Source of the DNA: Camelus ferus
Lineage: Eukaryota
Assembly (NCBI RefSeq): GCF_009834535.1
Contig: NC_045698.1
Location: 3,908,001-3,972,000 of the forward strand
Direction of reading: 5' to 3'
Length of the DNA stretch: 64,000 nt
Shown here: piece by piece, positions 58,406-64,000 of the stretch
Numbering within the stretch: the stretch's first letter is position 1
How the letters are laid out: every line of letters starts with the position of its first letter
Program-made: the position numbers and the translations under genes
Notes under the pieces: generated by a model
Told to the model about the DNA's origin: nothing
Seen by the model: only the letters and a program-made list of their open reading frames with translations
The model's database searches: none

Positions 58406-60744
58406 CGGCGACCACGTTAGGCTGGAGCAGCTGCTGAGCGGAGCTGGGCTCACAGATGCGTGTGAGAGCAGGTAAACAGGATAGCGTGGGAGGTACTGAT
58501 GCTGCTGTTGGCGCTTTTTTATTGGAAAGAATTTCAGCATTGACAGAAGAACATGCTTGAAAAATAGACAGAGGCATCTTGTTCTTTCTATCACCCCCAG
58601 CCCCATTGTGTACTTTTACAGGTGGAGAAACTGTAGAAAAGCACAGCTTGGTTACTGCTCTGAAGTCCTCCTTCACAGGCTGTGAGCGCTGGCAACTCAC
58701 GCCAGACCGTATTGCAAGTATGAGGCAAACAGGGCTGACGGTGGTGTCTTGGCCTCATCTCGAGCACATCAGGTCTCGTTTGGTGGAGGGAGAAACGTCT
58801 ATATTCAAAGTGGCCTTTCATATCTTTTGAGAACACCAAAGCCCTGAATCCTCCTCACAGCCTCTTTTCTTGACCTTTGATGGAAATGTCTCTTTATAAA
58901 TATTAATATTCCTTTTGATTTTTCCAGTCTTGCAATTGGGCAGGCGTGAACCATCTGAGCCTGGGGAGTTGGGGTAAGAAGGCGCTGAGGTAAACCCTCC
59001 TTCATATTTTATCTTTTCAGATACCCTGTGGGTGCCAGGATTTGCCTGTACGTGGGACGCCTTGTTCACTGTTCGAGCAGCCTGACCCGGATGGAGGGAG
59101 CCAGGCTTAGCTCTTCTGCAGTCCATAATCTTGGTAATTTTCCAGATTAATATCACACTTAAGAAAAACATGTTTTCACTACCTGCATTGTCAGCCAAAT
59201 TGTTCGCAAATATTTTGTGATTTTTCTTCTCCCCTAAAAAAAAAAAAAACGCTTAGCTAAATCTGTCTTCATAGGAACCATGCCCCCTATCTACTCAGAA
59301 AGAACTATGACAATGTGCTTTATTGGTTTTTTGGGGAAAAAAAAAACTGTATTAACCAGACTGTGAATCGTGACATATTTCTGGGGACCAAGGTCATCAG
59401 TGGCAGCAGAGATGAGTACCACAAAGAGGATTACAGAAGTGCATTGCTGCCCACATACGACCTCCCAGCCAAGTCTGTTATGAATTTCCAGTGTGAGCAC
59501 AGACTATTGATTCAAAGCTGCCACCTGCTACTTAGCCACGTAGAGAGACAGGAGCTTAATAGATCAGACGCTATTTTCTACTTAGTCTCAGATGGTAGCC
59601 CAGAATCGATATCCTTAAATCAAGCATCTCTATATTAAGCCAGAGGAGGGACATTTATTATAATTCTGTTTTTTTTTCTTGTCATCAGCACACGGAAGCA
59701 GGCTCAGCGCTCCAGCTTTCCACGGCTTGTGGCTCTAAATATTTCCTTGTGTTGGTCTCCATAATTATATTCTCTTTAAACTACACAGAGTCTGGAACAG
59801 GCTTACACTAAGGAGTGTTTTCCAAAATTACTTCGACTATTTGAAAAGATTAAATATTAAAAACTGACCTAACGGCACTTCCTTTGAGAACTGGATAAAA
59901 GTGAATCAATCAGTACAAAATGAAGGCAGTGCAAATCCAGCAACGATGAAAATAGCACCAAAGCCAAGGGGTGAGCAGGTGCAGGGGAACCTGAGACGCG
60001 TTGAGAGATAGCGGGGCAGAGTCTGCGCCAGCTGTCTCGGGGAGAAACCAGTTTATCTAAATTAAAAAAAAAAATTCTTGACCTCACCCTCTGAGGGGAT
60101 TTGTTGGAGGAAACTTCACAGATTCCTGAGCAATGTAATGAGTCTCACAGCTAGCAGTGCTGCGCAGACATCAGAGGGTGCTGTTAGAGAGTTGCCCCTT
60201 TGATGAAGGTCAAGTTCAGGTTGAAGGGGTTTGATCAAGTTGGTTCTGCTGGAAAACAGACGACTGGCTTGTTTCTGCAGCTTTGTGGATGTTCAACTTC
60301 ACTGAAAATTTTGTGGGAAAATTTAAGTTCTAAATTAAATATTAGAAAATATCATTTTATGCTAAACTAGACCAACTGTGTTATGAGACAGAGACCAAGA
60401 TTTTCATCAGCTTGGCGATAAAGGACCCTGTGGAAGGCAGTCAGTATGAGTGCATCTGTGTTCAGGTTGTAAAGATGGGATGTTCTCCTAAAATCAACCT
60501 TCCCCTTTAAAACTGGGAATTTGAGCAGTCAGAAGGCTTTTTTTACTTTTAAAAAGATCTCGGTAGCATTTTGGCAAAGATTGAATGGGAATTTAAAAGC
60601 CCTTGGATCCAAATTGGTATTATCCAGCTTGGTCCACGAAAAAAAAAAAAGAAGTTCCTGTCTGTGAACTTGAGAGTTATTAAAAATCACAAAGCTAATA
60701 TTTGCGTAGCACACACCACACACCAAGATCTGTTCTAATCACTT

Positions 60745-60900
60745 TGCTCAGTTCATCCTCAAAGAGTCCTCCTAAGCGAAAATGAATATTAGCTTCCATT
60801 TCTAACAATGAGGAAGTGGAGGCACTAAATGTTCAGGAATGACCTGGGGTCACCCCGCCGGTGAGTGACAGAGCTGGGTTCCAACCCAGGGTCTCCATTC
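60745..60900 (-). mobile_element. MIR SINE
   Basis: 'ccatttctaacaatgaggaagtggaggcac...gtcac...gtgagtgacagagctgggttccaacccagg'. Confidence 0.8.
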
Positions 60901-61349
60901 TCAACTGCTGAGCGACACTCTCCACCTCACCACAACCTTTTTTTTTAAAACTTAATTTGTACTTAACCTTTGTATTATTGATAAGACAAAGACAAATATC
61001 ATTAACTCCAGTGTTTTAATTTTCTTCCTCATGTAAGGTACTACACCTTTTAACAATGAGAAACAGTGAGAAAATTGTCATGGAAATTCCAGAGTTAGCC
61101 CAGGAGAATGTTTAGGTTGTATTTCAAGGTATCCAATTGGGGTTTTGTTTGTTTCTGCAACAAAGGTGAATTAGACTTGAAGGTCTCCGCTGATGCTGGA
61201 GGGAGCACAAGTTAGGTGAGGAATTTAGCAGTGCTGGGGTCTCCAGGACGGCCAGATCTAAGTGACTCAGTGGGTATCTGTTATTTTGGTTGTTACCCTA
61301 AATGTGCTTTCACAGCAATGGTAACAACAGCGCACAGACAACAATCACT

Positions 61350-61430
61350 ACAACTTCTCAAGCACCTACTAAATGACCAGCACTGTGTTTCTCTCAGACC
61401 ATTTCATTTAAATCTCACAGCAGCCCACTA
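61350..61430 (-). mobile_element. MIR fragment
   Basis: 'agcacctacta...cagcactgtgt...atttcatttaaatctcacagcagccc'. Confidence 0.6.
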
Positions 61431-61574
61431 AGGACAGTCAAACGCCACCCACATCTATTCTGGCTTCGATGCTGAGGCTCTTAATCACTAGGACATGCTG
61501 CTTCCTAGGGAAAGGAGGAACAAAACCTCTTGTTGGGTTGAACGCGGGAACTTGCAAACTGAGGATGTGTGGAA

Positions 61575-61860
61575 TGCATTCCTTCACTTACCCGAGCGTT
61601 CATCTAGCAGGATTCAGCAAATATTTATCTGAGCCGCTTCTGTGTGCGGCGTGGGCCATGCACTGCAGTTGCATGGAGGTAAAGAAGAGGCAGTCCTCAC
61701 CGAGTTTACACTTCACTTGGGGAAACTGAAATAAAATAATTGCGAGGGGCGGTTCACTCCCACTGAGAGGTACGAGGAAATACTCACAGAGGCAAAGCCA
61801 AGACGTCGAAACTCTAAGATTGAGTGGGATGGAACGGGCAGAGAAGGGGAAAAGGGCAGC
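61575..61860 (-). mobile_element. L2 3' end fragment
   Basis: 'attcagcaaatatttatctgagc..cttctgtgtgc...aagaggcagtcct..cgagtttaca'. Confidence 0.6.
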
Positions 61861-62039
61861 TCCTCCAGAGGAAAAGGAAAGTTAAAGGCACAGAAATAGG
61901 GGGAAGAAATCTTTACTCCATAATGAAACGTTGGATAGAATGGAACATCTTTTTAAGTCACCTAAAATACGATTATCTTAATTCAAGATAAAAATGAAAA
62001 GAAATTGCAGAGATGATTCAAGATTAAAAAAACCCAAAT

Positions 62040-62360
62040 ATAGATTTGGTTGTTGCAAAGGTTAAGCCCATCGGATTAATGGTGGTGGCACTGAAAACGG
62101 TCCCCGTGTGATAAGGGCAGAATGAAAAAAGCTTCCGGACCACGTGCTTAACCCTATTATGCGGAGTTCTGAATAAATACTGTTATGCAACCGCCACCCT
62201 TTGCTGTAAAAATTGGTGTTTATCCACTCTGCTGCAGAAATGCTTTCACAGAATGTGTTTCTCACCAGGGTTTTAAAATATTTACATCTGCTGATTAATA
62301 ATTTATCGTTGGCATTCAGGACCTTAGACTCATGAATAATTGACGTGCTCATTTAAGATT
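62040..62360. promoter_or_regulatory. Candidate enhancer-like non-repetitive island
   Basis: ggattaatgg, tgataa (GATA), ccacgtg (E-box), ctgattaataatttatcg and many retained CpGs in AT-rich sequence. Confidence 0.4.
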
Positions 62361-64000
62361 TGCAACTGTTCTGTATAATGATGAAGCGCACCAATCTAAG
62401 TGTCCCCAGTGCTTCCGCGGTGAGCGTCTGCCGTGAAATCAGGCTTACCTGCAGTTTTACAGAGGTTGAAAATAAAGACGCAAAGCAAGTAAGGCAGGAA
62501 AACACTTTTCTGCACCAGACGTTCTCTGTGAAGCAAGGGGAAGCCGCAGTCCTCGCGGCCACACTAAGACGTGGTTTCGTGGGCCACAGCCTAACCTGAA
62601 GGAAGGGGACCTGGAATCTGGTTAAACTCCACTTTGCTGCTGTAGCCTGTTCAAGTTATTGAGGAGCAGTTTGAAATGCAAAAATGTAATATACATGTGT
62701 CAGTGTGTGTATGTGTTTCCAACTACCGTCCGTTTAATTATTATGGCAGTGTTTTTAAAAAAAAGTGATTAAAAACCAGTGAGAAGCTAGTCTCAGGCTT
62801 TACGTGGCTGCCATCCTAACTGTCACGTTGGTCATACAGACATGTTCATTGCTAACTCTACTCCCTTCAGAGAATTCAGCGTTGGTTATTGGCAACTGAA
62901 TGTCAAAATAATTCTTTAACTTCAAAAAGAAATTCCAAATCTGACAGTTAAAAGATCTATACAAAAAAAAAAAAAAAGAAGACTTGTGAATATAAGTTTC
63001 CATTAAATTGTTGTTCTTTCCCCTGGCAATCGAGTGTGGGGGTTCATGTGGTCATCCTCCGCATGGCTCATGAGCTATGGGCAGCATCATGAAAAAGACA
63101 CCGTTTGTATTTGTTTTTCTAATTCCACACATAGATCCCTCTAACTCTCTTCTTGGGATCATGACCCATGAGCAGCATAATCTTTTCCAGGTCATTTCTG
63201 GCTCCTCTACAAGAAAATCTCGTTCTGAGTTTTATTTATTTTTCTTTTCTTTTATAAAATGACTTTCTAACTCTCGTCAAAGTAGTTACAGGAAGCATGT
63301 CATAGCACCACGATTTCTGGGGGTATATTCAGAAGTCTTGTGATTCCCAAAGGGCGACGTTTCAAGCACAGCGAGACAATGGACAAAGGTGCTTTCTCAG
63401 GACCACCACGCAATGCGTCTGAGCCGATACCCACCTCTCTTAAAGATGCTGGATGGCTCTGCCCACGATGCGCTAAAGTGGATGCCTCATTGCGTCGCGT
63501 CTGGCTGGAGTCTCCAAGGCCCTAGAGGCTGGCGAGCACCCGCATCCCTGTGTACAAACACACACTTTCTCATTTGTCTATTTGGACCGATGTTTCTTGC
63601 TCTTGTCTTCCCTGGCTGTGTGAAAAATCTCGGTTGGCTCCAAACTTTGTGTCGTGCTATTCATTACAAGCTTCCCTTGCTTGTGCAATTTATTTGAGAC
63701 GTCTGTGTTTTATCGACTTCAGCTCCTCCAAGCTCCTTCCAAGCACCTTCAGTTTCATCTGTCCGTGTCCGGGGATAAGACACGGGCATCAGTCCAGGGC
63801 TGTCCATATAAAAAGAAACTGCTCTACAGTTCAAAACACAGGGAACTTAATCTAGGAAGTCGTTTGCACAGCAATGCGAGAGCTGCGAAGCTAAGTGGGA
63901 GCAGTGATGTAACAGAGATGAATCAATACGTGATTTCTCAAGGCTGGAGCCCGGGAGTAAGTAGTGCGACCAGGGCCAGGGGCTGAGGTCATGACGCAGG

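Noticed and set aside
59315..59638. 107-aa ORF with fairly protein-like composition
   Set aside because: Non-ATG start, no flanking splice signals that I could pair, and no recognisable homology.
1..64000. CRISPR arrays, operons, tRNA/rRNA genes, tRNA-derived lineage SINEs, processed pseudogenes, intact ERV or L1 ORFs
   Set aside because: None seen. The sequence is mammalian non-coding DNA with only decayed transposon coding remnants.

Overview
This is 64 kb of mammalian (eutherian) non-coding DNA, either a large intron or an intergenic/gene-desert stretch; I cannot name the locus. The young L1 3' tails resemble cetartiodactyl, most likely camelid, L1, and I saw no Alu, B1/B2, Bov-tA/BovB, PRE-1 or CHR SINEs, so the taxon call is an inference. 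No protein-coding gene, RNA gene or intact transposon ORF can be supported; the listed ORFs look like chance ORFs or decayed L1 ORF2. The recognisable content is transposon fossils (young and old L1, L2, MIR, MLT1 LTRs, ERV1-type LTRs, hAT DNA elements), microsatellites and several repeat-free, motif-dense islands that look like developmental enhancers. The best-supported curiosities are two 5'-inverted (twin-primed) L1 insertions with readable target-site duplications (TSDs), an LTR nested in an LTR, L1 copies with an apparent AT-to-GC substitution bias, a perfect 18-bp palindrome with a POU-dimer core, a PBX-HOX motif cluster, and a possible short exon with tandem splice donors. I found no evidence of a new biological system. 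Repeat family names come from recalled consensus sequences, not a database search, and boundaries without TSDs are approximate.
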